64,000 nt of DNA from Candidatus Obscuribacteraceae bacterium. Lineage in GTDB: Bacteria; Cyanobacteriota; Vampirovibrionia; Obscuribacterales; Obscuribacteraceae. The stretch lies in contig JBGAHS010000004.1 of the NCBI GenBank assembly GCA_044226015.1, forward strand, positions 192,001 to 256,000. Direction: 5' to 3'. This document shows, piece by piece, positions 8,417 to 17,997 of the stretch (position 1 is its first letter; the number at the start of each line of letters is the position of its first letter). The notes below the pieces were generated by a model that saw only the letters and a list, made by a program, of their open reading frames with translations, did no database searches and was not told the DNA's origin. The position numbers were made by a program, and so were the translations under genes.

Positions 8417-10711
8417 TTAGTTTTCGCTGCCGTCCTTCGGATTATTGTCCGATTGATCAGGCTTTTGAGTGGGGTCAGCGTCGGGATAGGTCTTTATTTG
8501 AATACCTGTTCCTTTTTCTGCGCCAGGCGGAAGTACTTCAATTGATTTGTACGTTCCAGCCTCTGCGTCCCATTCGCCAAGAACAAGGTCTGTTCCCGTT
8601 CCTGCTTCGTGGTTTGCAACTACCTGTGAAATGAGATCCATTTGTGCATCCATATCACCTTTTAGTTGCTGCAAGTCTGATACCAATCTGGTGGCTGCAG
8701 CCTTGCTGTCTCCTGCATCAAGTAATGCTGCGATGACAGCTATTTCTTGATGCGCCCATGGATCTTTTGAGTCATTCGATTTTGTAGTGTCGATAACTCC
8801 ATCGGGTTGCTCTGCGTCCGACTTTTCAAAAGTGTCAATCTGCGTTCCATTGCCAGGGTCGGTGAGCGCCGGCAACACCTCGATGTTCTCGTATGTGCCA
8901 GTGTCAGGGTTCCATACACCTAGTTTCAGATCAGTTCCAGCGCCCTTTCGATCATTTTGATCAACCAGGTCGAGCAGAGTGTTTTGCGCATCGAGGTTTC
9001 CTCTTAATGCATAGAGATCAGATTTCAATCTCGTCGCTGCAGCATCGGAATCTCCTGCATCAAGAAGCGATGAAATTACATTGCTTTCGAGTTGCATCCA
9101 CGGGTCTTCATCCGGGTTAGGAACCGGAATAGGATCCTCCGGTTTCGGCTGTGGTTGATCCGGAGCTGGCGGTGGTGGTGCAGGCGGTACCACCTCGATG
9201 GTGTCCCACGTACCACTTTTGGGATTCCACTTATCCAGATTTAGCCATCCACCTCTATCGCGGCGAAGTTGGTCTGCGATTTCTCGAAGTAGTTCATTTT
9301 GCGCATACCTGTCATATCTGAGGTCGTATAGCTCTCTGTTCAGCTCATAGCTTGCCTCAGCAGACCGTCCCGTTTCGATCAAACGCGCGATACGGTTTGC
9401 TTCGATCGTGATTACTGGTCCCCAGTGATCACAATTAGGGCTCTGCTTCCAGAACCATGGGTCCCAGCCTCGGTTCCAGCGATCCCGATCATGCCATCCC
9501 CAGTTTTCATTACCAGGTCTGTACCAGTGTCCATCACGGTACGGGTGATGGTCTGTCGGCCGTGGTGGATGCGGGTGCTCCTGTGGAGGATGCGGACGCG
9601 GTTCGGGGTGTGGATGCGGCTCTGGACGCGGCGGATGAGGACCTGGACCAGGCTCTGGTCTTGGTGGGTGCGGCTCCGGCCGGGGTGGATGAGGACCTGG
9701 ACCAGGTTCCGGCCTTGGCGGATGAGGTTCTGGTCGCGGATGAGGCTTCGGAGGTTCAGGACGCGGTGGGCGCGGCGGCTCCGGATGCGGATGAGGTCCA
9801 GGACCCGGCTCGGGTCTTGGAGGATGTGGACGGGGAGGCTCCGGTCTAGGCGGATGCGGCTCCGGTTTAGGAGGATGCGGCTCCGGTTTAGGAGGATGCG
9901 GCTCCGGTCTAGGAGGACCCGGCTCGGGTCTTGGAGGATGTGGACGTGGAGGCTCCGGTTTGGGAGGATGCGGCTCCGGCTTAGGAGGATGCGGCTCCGG
10001 CTTAGGAGGATGCGGCTCCGGCTTAGGAGGATGCGGCTCCGGCTTAGGAGGATGCGGCTCCGGCTTAGGAGGATGCGGCTCCGGTCTTGGAGGATGCGGC
10101 TCCGGTCTCGGAGGATGTGGCTCCGGTCTCGGAGGATGTGGCTCCGGTCTCGGAGGATGTGGCTCCGGTCGCGGAGGCTGCGGACGAGGAGGCTCTGGTC
10201 GCGGAGGCTGCGGACGAGGAGGCTCTGGTCGCGGAGGCTGCGGACGAGGAGGCTCTGGTCGCGGTGGTTGCGGACGAGGAGGCTCTGGTCGCGGTGGCTG
10301 CGGACGAGGAGGCTCTGGTCGCGGTGGTTGCGGACGAGGAGGTTCTGGTCGTGGTGGCTGCGGGCGAGGAGGCTCTGGTCGCGGTGGTTGCGGACGAGGA
10401 GGTTCTGGTCGTGGTGGCTGCGGGCGAGGAGGCTCTGGTCGCGGATGCGGTGGCTCTGGTCGCGGATGCGGTGGCTCTGGCCGTGGAGCACCGCCACCGC
10501 CGCCGGGGCGTGGTCCGCCACCACCACCCTGTCCACCGCCTCTGCCATGCGGTTCAAGAAGCGTCTGAGGATCAGGTGGATTCTTGTCTTTATCTGTATT
10601 TTTGTCTTTATTATCGGCTTTAAAAAGTTCTGCGTGAAACGGAAGTTGTTCGTTCGCATTGCCGGATGAACGCGCCGAGATTTCCTCGGACTTGGCCGCG
10701 TTTTGCTCCAT
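8417..10711 (-). CDS. Pro-rich repeat protein with three C-terminal copies of an unrecognised ~80-aa domain
   Basis: GAGGAG SD; about 300 aa of [13 protein letters not shown] repeats, a Trp/Arg/Asp-rich segment, then three related domains ending IEV(V/L)P. Confidence 0.85.
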   Translation of the reverse strand: MEQNAAKSEEISARSSGNANEQLPFHAELFKADNKDKNTDKDKNPPDPQTLLEPHGRGGGQGGGGGPRPGGGGGAPRPEPPHPRPEPPHPRPEPPRPQPPRPEPPRPQPPRPEPPRPQPPRPEPPRPQPPRPEPPRPQPPRPEPPRPQPPRPEPPRPQPPRPEPPRPQPPRPEPPRPQPPRPEPHPPRPEPHPPRPEPHPPRPEPHPPRPEPHPPKPEPHPPKPEPHPPKPEPHPPKPEPHPPKPEPHPPKPEPPRPHPPRPEPGPPRPEPHPPKPEPHPPKPEPHPPRPEPPRPHPPRPEPGPGPHPHPEPPRPPRPEPPKPHPRPEPHPPRPEPGPGPHPPRPEPHPPRPEPGPGPHPPRPEPHPHPEPRPHPPQEHPHPPRPTDHHPYRDGHWYRPGNENWGWHDRDRWNRGWDPWFWKQSPNCDHWGPVITIEANRIARLIETGRSAEASYELNRELYDLRYDRYAQNELLREIADQLRRDRGGWLNLDKWNPKSGTWDTIEVVPPAPPPPAPDQPQPKPEDPIPVPNPDEDPWMQLESNVISSLLDAGDSDAAATRLKSDLYALRGNLDAQNTLLDLVDQNDRKGAGTDLKLGVWNPDTGTYENIEVLPALTDPGNGTQIDTFEKSDAEQPDGVIDTTKSNDSKDPWAHQEIAVIAALLDAGDSKAAATRLVSDLQQLKGDMDAQMDLISQVVANHEAGTGTDLVLGEWDAEAGTYKSIEVLPPGAEKGTGIQIKTYPDADPTQKPDQSDNNPKDGSEN
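9960..10440 (-). repeat. Coding tandem repeats: about 9 x 30 bp ([10 protein letters not shown]) and about 10 x 21 bp ((R/K)PEPHPP)
   Basis: Near-identical contiguous units at 10171-10440 and 9960-10170, no unique spacers. Confidence 0.9.
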
Positions 10712-11059
10712 GAGTTTTTCTCCTCAGCAACTACAACCACACCTATCAACCTGTTTCCAACTTAATTCGGACCGTATCCGACAACAATTCGTAGAATTAC
10801 GGTTTGCCACTAAAACTGCTTTAATAGCCGAACTCGGCGAGGACAGAGCGATACCGCTAATGGTGGCGAAGCCGGACGCCCTGCAAAGCGAAAGACTCGT
10901 ACTGTCTACTTCTTCGGATTTAGAGTAAAATCTCAGCTAATGCTGTGCAGTCAAGATGGAATTTGTCTCATAGAACTGTTCCATAATTTCGATGAAATTG
11001 CATTTCTTGTATTAGACTGATGATGTGGCGCATTGCCACATTGGAAACCCGGAGCCATT

Positions 11060-11995
11060 ATGGAAACAAGTGGATCTCACGAAGAGCCAGAAAAGCCAAA
11101 GAAACGCGCATTAGTGATGCCTGGTGGTGGTGGAAGAGGCGCTTACCAGGTGGGAGTCGTAAAAGCGCTACTCGAGTCTGGATTGAAATTCGATATGGCT
11201 TTCGGAACTTCTATAGGTGCAATAAACGCTACTTTTTTAGCCCAAGGTGAACTCCGTCGTCTTGAAGAGATGTGGTGCAATCTCAGACCCTGGGATGTTT
11301 TCAAATTGCCTGACGCCCACCAACTTGGTCGCATGGTGCTTGGTCGTAAGTTGGGGATGCTCGACACTCGCCCGCTCGAAGATCTCTTGCGTCGCGAGTC
11401 AGACCTCAAACGAATCAAAGAATCGAGCATGAAGGTACGTCTCGTGACGACAGATTTGTGCAGCCTCGAAACCAGGATGATAAATCTTGAGGAAGTGCGC
11501 ACCACAAGTGAACTTATTGACCTTTTGATGGCAACCTCTGCTGTTCCAATCGCTTTTCCACCGCGGCAACTTCATGGTGAGGGTCTCTGGGTGGACGGAG
11601 GTCTCGTTCGAAATACTCCCTTGAGGGCAGCTATCGACAGTGGAGCAGATGAGATCTTCATGGTGCTTTTGCACCCTGAAGAGGTTAAGGCTTGCCCATC
11701 TAATATGTGGCAGTTAATCGCTCGGTGTTTGGACGTTGTCCTTGATGCTTCGGCAAGAAAAGAACTTGAATTGGCTCAACTATATAATAGATTGATCAAA
11801 GAAGGTGCTGCCGAAGCCGCCGGTATGAGAGCCGTGAACTTGGAAGTCATTCAACCAAATCGAGCTGTCGATATCAATTTGCTCGAAATAGATCCTGAGC
11901 GCTCTCGCTCTCTGATTCGCCAGGGATATGAAGATGCACGCTTGCATCTTCAGAATATAGAACGAAAGAAAATGGCTGCTTCCGTGGAAGGTTGA
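11060..11995 (+). CDS. Patatin-like phospholipase
   Basis: GGGGRG oxyanion motif, GTSIG nucleophile elbow, DGG; ATG 11060 follows GGAG. Confidence 0.92.
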   Translation: METSGSHEEPEKPKKRALVMPGGGGRGAYQVGVVKALLESGLKFDMAFGTSIGAINATFLAQGELRRLEEMWCNLRPWDVFKLPDAHQLGRMVLGRKLGMLDTRPLEDLLRRESDLKRIKESSMKVRLVTTDLCSLETRMINLEEVRTTSELIDLLMATSAVPIAFPPRQLHGEGLWVDGGLVRNTPLRAAIDSGADEIFMVLLHPEEVKACPSNMWQLIARCLDVVLDASARKELELAQLYNRLIKEGAAEAAGMRAVNLEVIQPNRAVDINLLEIDPERSRSLIRQGYEDARLHLQNIERKKMAASVEG

Positions 11996-12061
11996 TTTCG
12001 CAAAAGATAAGGGAGGATGGTTTCCCTTCCTCCCTGTATGGAATCTGCTCTGCTTTCTAGA

Positions 12062-14101
12062 CTACTTTGTTTTTTTCACATTGGCTGAGCTGTCTGTTTT
12101 TTGTGCTGGAGTGCCTGTTTGCGCCTTGCTTTCAACTGCTTTAGTCGAGCCGGAGTTCTTGTCGTCTGTTTCAACAATGTCATCGATATGTGCTTTCAAA
12201 ACGATAAGGCTCAGCGGAGGTAAGCGTAAAGATATCGACTGATCTCTTCCGTGCTTCGACCAGTCATCAGACCAAACGCCACCGTAGTTGCCAACTCCGC
12301 TGCCACCGTATTCAGTGGCGTCGCTGTTGAGCAATTCTTGCCAGAAGCCTTTGTGAGGCACTCCCACTCTGTAATCTTCACGTACGATAGGCGTGAAGTT
12401 TGCAACCACTAGAACTACGTCACTAGCTTTGACACCTTTTCGCATGTAGCAGAGTACGCTTTGTTCGCTGTCCTGGCAGTCGATCCATTCAAATCCTGAG
12501 TCTTTGCAATCGAGTTCATGCAATGCCTTCTCTTTAACGAGCAGGTGGTTGAGATCTCGAACCCAGTTTTTGATGCCCTGGTGTGTACCATACTCAAGCA
12601 GGTGCCAATCAAGGCTCTTGTCGAAATCCCACTCAATCCACTGTCCAAATTCACCACCCATGAACAGAAGTTTTTTGCCAGAAATTGTCCACTGACTGCC
12701 AAGCAAAAGTCTCAAGTTGGCGAATTTTTGCCAGGTGTCTCCAGGCATTTTGTTGAGTAACGAAGCTTTTCCGTGCACTACTTCGTCGTGTGAAAGCGGT
12801 AGCATGAAATTCTCTGAGCTACTGTAGAGTCCACGGAATGTAAGTTTGTTGTGATGGAAACGGCGGTATACTGGGTCGAATGACATGAACTTCAACGTGT
12901 CATTCATCCATCCCATGTCCCACTTGAAGCCAAATCCGAGCCCACCAACATATGTCGGACGTGTTACGCTTGGCCACGCAGTTGATTCTTCTGCGATCAT
13001 CATCGCGTAGGGAAATTCAGAATAAACTCGCTCGTTTAGATTGCGCAGAAAGTTGATCGCATCAATGTTTTCGCGACCACCATATTGGTTGCTAACCCAC
13101 TGCCCATCTTTTCGATCGTAGTCGAGATAGAGCATTGAAGCGACTGCATCAACTCTCAAACCGTCAATGTGATACTTGTCGAACCAGAACATCGCGTTGC
13201 TGATCAAAAAGTTTGCAACTTCATATCTGCCGAAATTGAAAACATAGGTTCCCCATTCCTTATGCTCGCCCTGTCGCGGGTCTTCGTGCGCATAGAGATG
13301 GGTTCCATCAAACAATCCCAAACCGTGACCATCGCGCGGAAAATGTGCTGGTACCCAATCTAGTACCACTCCGATTTCGTTTTGATGCAGTTTGTCAATC
13401 AAATACATCAAATCATCTGGTGTGCCGTAACGGCTGGTAGCAGCGAAATATCCTGTGCTCTGGTAGCCCCATGATGCATCAAGCGGATGCTCGGCAACCG
13501 GCATAAATTCGACGTGGGTGAATCCCATTTCTTTGACATAAGGAACTAGTGTCTCCGCCAACTCTCTGTAAGTTAGCCAGCGATTGCCTTCTGCTCTGCT
13601 CCATGAACCGAGATGCAACTCGTATATTGATATCGGCGCATCGAGTCCATTTTTTTTCTGGCGAGTTTTTTGCCATGTTTCATCGTTCCATTTATGTTTG
13701 CTCAAATCGCAAACAACAGAGGCAGTTTTGGGACGCATTTCTGCTGCGAAACCGCAAGGGTCGCTTTTCTCTGCACGATAATCATTTACTTTTGAGTGAA
13801 TGAAATACTTGTAGATGGTTCCTTCTCCAAGCTCTGGAATGAAAGCTGACCAAATGCCGGAGTTACCCGTTTGCTCCATCTGGTTCTTTGAAGCATCCCA
13901 ATTGTTGAAGTCTCCGATGACACTTACCATAGCTGCATTTGGCGCCCAAACGGCAAAGTGAGTCCCCTTCATGCCGTCGATCGTAACTGGATGCGCTCCG
14001 AACTTATCGTAAATACGGCTGTGAGTGCCCTCTGCAAAAAGGTGCACATCAAAATCCGTTAAAAAAGATGCCTGTTTTTCTTTTGTGTCTTGCGCTGCCA
14101 C
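12062..14101 (-). CDS. glgB: 1,4-alpha-glucan branching enzyme (GH13)
   Basis: FAVWAPNA, DWVPAHF, LRVDAVASMLY, IAEEST, LSHDEVVHGK; GTG 14101 follows GAAGGA (ORF-track start 14158). Confidence 0.96.
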   Translation of the reverse strand: MAAQDTKEKQASFLTDFDVHLFAEGTHSRIYDKFGAHPVTIDGMKGTHFAVWAPNAAMVSVIGDFNNWDASKNQMEQTGNSGIWSAFIPELGEGTIYKYFIHSKVNDYRAEKSDPCGFAAEMRPKTASVVCDLSKHKWNDETWQKTRQKKNGLDAPISIYELHLGSWSRAEGNRWLTYRELAETLVPYVKEMGFTHVEFMPVAEHPLDASWGYQSTGYFAATSRYGTPDDLMYLIDKLHQNEIGVVLDWVPAHFPRDGHGLGLFDGTHLYAHEDPRQGEHKEWGTYVFNFGRYEVANFLISNAMFWFDKYHIDGLRVDAVASMLYLDYDRKDGQWVSNQYGGRENIDAINFLRNLNERVYSEFPYAMMIAEESTAWPSVTRPTYVGGLGFGFKWDMGWMNDTLKFMSFDPVYRRFHHNKLTFRGLYSSSENFMLPLSHDEVVHGKASLLNKMPGDTWQKFANLRLLLGSQWTISGKKLLFMGGEFGQWIEWDFDKSLDWHLLEYGTHQGIKNWVRDLNHLLVKEKALHELDCKDSGFEWIDCQDSEQSVLCYMRKGVKASDVVLVVANFTPIVREDYRVGVPHKGFWQELLNSDATEYGGSGVGNYGGVWSDDWSKHGRDQSISLRLPPLSLIVLKAHIDDIVETDDKNSGSTKAVESKAQTGTPAQKTDSSANVKKTK

Positions 14102-14239
14102 GGTTTTGTCCTTCTGGTGTTCAAATACTGCGCTTTTCGAGCATCGGTATATTGTCACACAAGAATATGCAATCCAAGCGCTTCTGTGGCTGATTCTTGA
14201 CTTTGTGTAAAACGATTTCTGTTTGTAACTATTCTGTGA

Positions 14240-14989
14240 TCAGTGCTTCGGTATTGGAGCTTTAAGCCAGGGTTGCTTCTCCAGGTCAAAAATAAAGATA
14301 GACACTTCTGCCTTCGGATCGCTTCCCGTCGCGTTTCGACCCAGTGTTGACCAAAATTTCATCGCTCGGTCATTGCCGGACAATACACTTGCATAAACTC
14401 TTCTGACTGGCGTTTGCTCATAAAGCGCACGCAATCCGGATTGAACAAGTTGAGAGCCAATGCCTGTGCCTCTGCTTTCAGGAGCGACTGCCAGATGATT
14501 TATCATTCCTCGAAGACCTGTTTCACCTATGAAGACGCCACCAACTAGTTTGCCATCGTGAAATGCAGCTTGAGATAAGCCAGGGTTGCTCTCTAAGGCT
14601 CGCTTGAGAGCCGCTGTTGTCTCTTCCGGGCGAAATGCAAGTCCTTCAGTCTTTTCCATGAGAGCGCGCATACTGGGAAGGTCAGAAGGAGTCATAGCGC
14701 GAATCTCCAATTCTTTACCAGGCTGCGCCAAGCCGAATCTGTGTGAAGCTTCTAGTCCCAATTTCTCACCAGTCAGCTCAGCTGTGGCAAGCTCGCGCCC
14801 AAGAGTCGTTTCCACAGCGCCTTGCTCAAGCCTTGCTGTGGCAGTACTAGCGGCTTTTCCGAATATTTCCGGTAGAGTTTTAAGAAGATTTGCTCGACCA
14901 AGAAGAATTCCTGCTCCGAGAGCTAGCTCTTCTTTCCAATGCTCTTCCACAAAAGTCCTTAAAGTCATTCCGTCGCTTTCCTTGTGCAC
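14240..14989 (-). CDS. GNAT acetyltransferase with a ~95-aa N-terminal extension
   Basis: INHLAVAPESRGTGIGSQLV acetyl-CoA motif, NDRAMKFW. Confidence 0.85.
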   Translation of the reverse strand: MHKESDGMTLRTFVEEHWKEELALGAGILLGRANLLKTLPEIFGKAASTATARLEQGAVETTLGRELATAELTGEKLGLEASHRFGLAQPGKELEIRAMTPSDLPSMRALMEKTEGLAFRPEETTAALKRALESNPGLSQAAFHDGKLVGGVFIGETGLRGMINHLAVAPESRGTGIGSQLVQSGLRALYEQTPVRRVYASVLSGNDRAMKFWSTLGRNATGSDPKAEVSIFIFDLEKQPWLKAPIPKH

Positions 14990-15006
14990 AGTGTGTTGTC
15001 AGCTTC

Positions 15007-15039
15007 ACGCTAGAAATGGAGGAGTGAAATTCGCGTGAA
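15007..15039 (-). promoter_or_regulatory. Direct-repeat promoter TTCAC-N6-TTCAC-N11-TAGCGT
   Basis: GTGAA at 15024 and 15035 on the + strand; -10 at 15012-15007; faces the GNAT gene. Confidence 0.6.
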
Positions 15040-15117
15040 TGCTTGTGCTAAAACCACCAATGTTGTTGGCTTTTGTTTCCTGCATCGGCGGTTGAATTGG
15101 GGTTTGTCACATCAGCT

Positions 15118-15150
15118 TTCACGTCTTATTCACCCCTCGGGGGGTAGAAT
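15118..15150 (+). promoter_or_regulatory. Direct-repeat promoter TTCAC-N6-TTCAC-N11-TAGAAT
   Basis: TTCAC at 15118 and 15129, TAGAAT at 15145-15150; an extra GTCAC at 15106. Confidence 0.6.
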
Positions 15151-15671
15151 TTGACGATAATTGGAGGTGTCTGATGATAGATTATTCCTGAGTTGATAAG
15201 AATAAGCCTGCTCTGGAGCTTTAATAGAGGTTTGTCGGCTATCAGCTGAGCAAAACCACGATGCATATTTTGTTGCACATTGGCTATTCAAGCCATTTCT
15301 CGCGTGCATTAAACTGTTCATCCTTCCGTAATTTTTCGAACTCCACGGGGCTGAACCACGCTTACCTTCTTGGCTTATAGAGGTTTATAGACTTAATGTA
15401 TTTTGGGTATTAAATAAGCTAGAAGGATGGGTTCTGATCTTGACTCTTTTGATTAAACTGAAATAATATTCATTATTAACAGGATCTCATTTTTTTTTAA
15501 TTTCTTCGCAGAGAGGTAATGCTCAACCAGAAGTCACAAGAATTTCTTTGGAAGCGGCGGGTTCGCTTCTTTTGTACCTCTGGTACTTGAGCTATCTTTG
15601 TTCCTATACTTTGTTCCTACTCAAAAATCGTCAAATAGGGTTTTTTGCAGTCCATCTGGAGGCACCTATTC

Positions 15672-17837
15672 GTGGTCCCACGTAAGAAGAAGGGCGCTAC
15701 TCTCGCCCTCGTTATTTCCCTGATGTTCGTGTTCCTGTTTATAGGAGCAGCCTTTTTCGTTTGGCAGCTGTTAATCGGCGGCGGAAAGGAATTGCAGCAT
15801 GCGACTGACTCAGGCAACTTGAACGTAGCTAAGCAATCTCTCAAAACACCAAGCTATGTGATTCCCGCTGGGCCCGACCCTACAACTGGGACGGACCTCA
15901 GAGCGGAGTTCAAGGATGTTGTCGACCCTGGATTCAAGGTCAATCTCCTTAACTTCAATAGATTGGTGGGGAAAGCAATCCTGGCGCAACTTAATGCCAA
16001 ATCTGAAGGCACGGCTGCCGCTAAGGAAAATGCCCGCCAGCTCACTGATGCTGTGTACAAAATCGGGCAACAATTGCAATCACAACTGGCAAGTTCATCA
16101 TCTCTGAAATCTCAATTCGAAGATGTTTCGAACAAAAACAGTGTTCGAATGTTGCAACATCCTGACACGGCCGGCCAGGCTGGGGTATCACACACTGATG
16201 CAGAATACGCCTTATCGTATGTTGCTCGTGGTAAAGCCAGCAATCTCTACATCGATAGAGCCGAGCTCCCTCCCGGTGCGCAGTTCAGTAACAGCGATAT
16301 CGTGAAAAAAGATGTTGGCGGCGATAAAGAGTTTCTCGTTGGATACTCTGAGCTATCGACTTCGAAGAACCTGAGCGGCATGCCACAGACTTGGACAGTG
16401 CCACTGCGCCCTGGCGAACAGCCGCACTTGATTGGTGTAGATGATTTTGCAAACGGTACAGAACCACCGTTCAATCCCTACACATTACCAAATGCATTCA
16501 AATCAGGTGGAGAAACCAACTTCATTCGCGCCTCAGCTGACGTCAAATTGCGGTCATGCGCGGTAGTCGGTGTTCTGGATAAAACCTTCCCGCTGCTTTC
16601 TTCTGGCGGAACCATCATTGTTGATAATGCTGGAGCATACATAGATTCTGACACCATTAACGATAGTGGTTCATCCATCTACGCTGACAAGGACAAGATG
16701 ATGGAACCTGCTGGGGTGGAGATCTTTAAGGTTCGAGCCAATAATGGAACTTTCTCGGATGGTAAGCAAGAACATGAATTCATGCTGCATTCTTCTGGAA
16801 ATCAATATCCATCATTGAGCATAACTCCTCAGTCTACGCAGACTGCAGGCATTGAAAGCTCCCCAACTTTGGGGAATCCAGAAAATGAGGTAAAGACCTA
16901 TCCTGGTAACGACTCACCTTCAAGTGAAGATTACTGGGCAATGAAGATGCGTGATCAGCCACGCTACGTATCACAATGGCCAGATCGTCGCCGGATAATG
17001 GGTGTTGATGGTCGCACTGACTATGGCGCCACTGTAGGTGGACCCACATCCTCATTTGTTCATGTCGCTTACTGCAACAACTTGAGCTTCTCCGGAGGCG
17101 GTGGTGCAGCTAACCCATCAGAGTGCGGCAATACTCCTGTTTTTGCTGCATATTTCCGGGGCGACATTGGAGTGCCTTCCGGTGGAACGGGTAGCACTAC
17201 CTACACAGATTTGATGCCGCTTGAGCAATACATTTTGAAAATTCAAGGTGGATTCGGAGCCGGTGCAGGATGTGTGTTTGTACCTGCAATGGGACCAATT
17301 GGTGGCTGTGCAAATGGCACTGTTGGTTCGCCTATGAAGCACATAACTGGTTCACCGCCGTTCCCAATCGGCACACTTCAAGACTTGATGAACGACACGG
17401 GTGCTGGCGCAGTCAAGAGCGACATGCTTGCGAGAATCAGGCAGATTGTGCCGAATTCCGATGCGGATTCTATATTCAGCAAGCCCATTCCGTTCAATTC
17501 GATTATGTACATATACAACAAAGAAGGCAGTCTTGTTATGGATACAAACAAGCCGTCGTCTTTGCAATACGATTACAATCGCAACCAGCCGAATCGCCCA
17601 GTTATCACACCGCCTATGAACATTCCAGATGGCACAAGACAAGACTCTAGCCATCCGATTCAAGTAAGCGGAACCTGGGTTAGTGGCAGCATGTGGGAAT
17701 GTGGAAGCGGCCGCGCCGATGGACGTTCCAATTCTGTAGCATCGTGGTATCCCTCATCTGGTAAGGGAGGCTTGCTAGGAATCTTACGATTCCAGAACTG
17801 TACGGAAGCAAGCGGACCCGACTGGTGTTGTCCGTGA
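15672..17837 (+). CDS. TadG/Flp-pilus-associated membrane-anchored protein (putative adhesin or minor pilin)
   Basis: Prepilin-like RKKKG/ATLALV plus TM, then ELQHATDSGNLNVA (TadG-like LQxAxD); Cys-rich C-terminus; GTG 15672 follows GGAGG. Confidence 0.7.
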   Translation: MVPRKKKGATLALVISLMFVFLFIGAAFFVWQLLIGGGKELQHATDSGNLNVAKQSLKTPSYVIPAGPDPTTGTDLRAEFKDVVDPGFKVNLLNFNRLVGKAILAQLNAKSEGTAAAKENARQLTDAVYKIGQQLQSQLASSSSLKSQFEDVSNKNSVRMLQHPDTAGQAGVSHTDAEYALSYVARGKASNLYIDRAELPPGAQFSNSDIVKKDVGGDKEFLVGYSELSTSKNLSGMPQTWTVPLRPGEQPHLIGVDDFANGTEPPFNPYTLPNAFKSGGETNFIRASADVKLRSCAVVGVLDKTFPLLSSGGTIIVDNAGAYIDSDTINDSGSSIYADKDKMMEPAGVEIFKVRANNGTFSDGKQEHEFMLHSSGNQYPSLSITPQSTQTAGIESSPTLGNPENEVKTYPGNDSPSSEDYWAMKMRDQPRYVSQWPDRRRIMGVDGRTDYGATVGGPTSSFVHVAYCNNLSFSGGGGAANPSECGNTPVFAAYFRGDIGVPSGGTGSTTYTDLMPLEQYILKIQGGFGAGAGCVFVPAMGPIGGCANGTVGSPMKHITGSPPFPIGTLQDLMNDTGAGAVKSDMLARIRQIVPNSDADSIFSKPIPFNSIMYIYNKEGSLVMDTNKPSSLQYDYNRNQPNRPVITPPMNIPDGTRQDSSHPIQVSGTWVSGSMWECGSGRADGRSNSVASWYPSSGKGGLLGILRFQNCTEASGPDWCCP

Positions 17838-17879
17838 TAATCTAAAGCAGGAGCGCCGTGAGCGATCCACAAACCTAAG

Positions 17880-17916
17880 AAAACAAAGGGCACTCAAAGC
17901 GAGTGCCCTTTGTTTT
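17880..17916 (+). terminator. Intrinsic terminator
   Basis: AAAACAAAGGGCACTC-aaagc-GAGTGCCCTTTGTTTT. Confidence 0.85.
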
Positions 17917-17943
17917 TGTTGAGGAGGCTTTCACAGATTGGTT

Positions 17944-17972
17944 TTGCCTCAATAAAAAGTGGAACATATAAT
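17944..17972 (+). promoter_or_regulatory. Sigma70-type promoter
   Basis: TTGCCT-N17-TATAAT upstream of ATG 17998. Confidence 0.6.
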
Positions 17973-17997
17973 CTATGAATTTTCTGGAGTTAGTTTG

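Noticed and set aside
9960..10440. Possible CRISPR array
   Set aside because: Units are contiguous, multiples of 3, inside a CDS, with no unique spacers and no cas genes
9412..10749. Long alternative-frame and antisense ORFs (445, 414, 202, 178, 130 aa) over the Pro-rich gene
   Set aside because: They are stop-free only because the GC-rich repeat units lack stops; the Pro-rich frame has the SD and extends into unique domains
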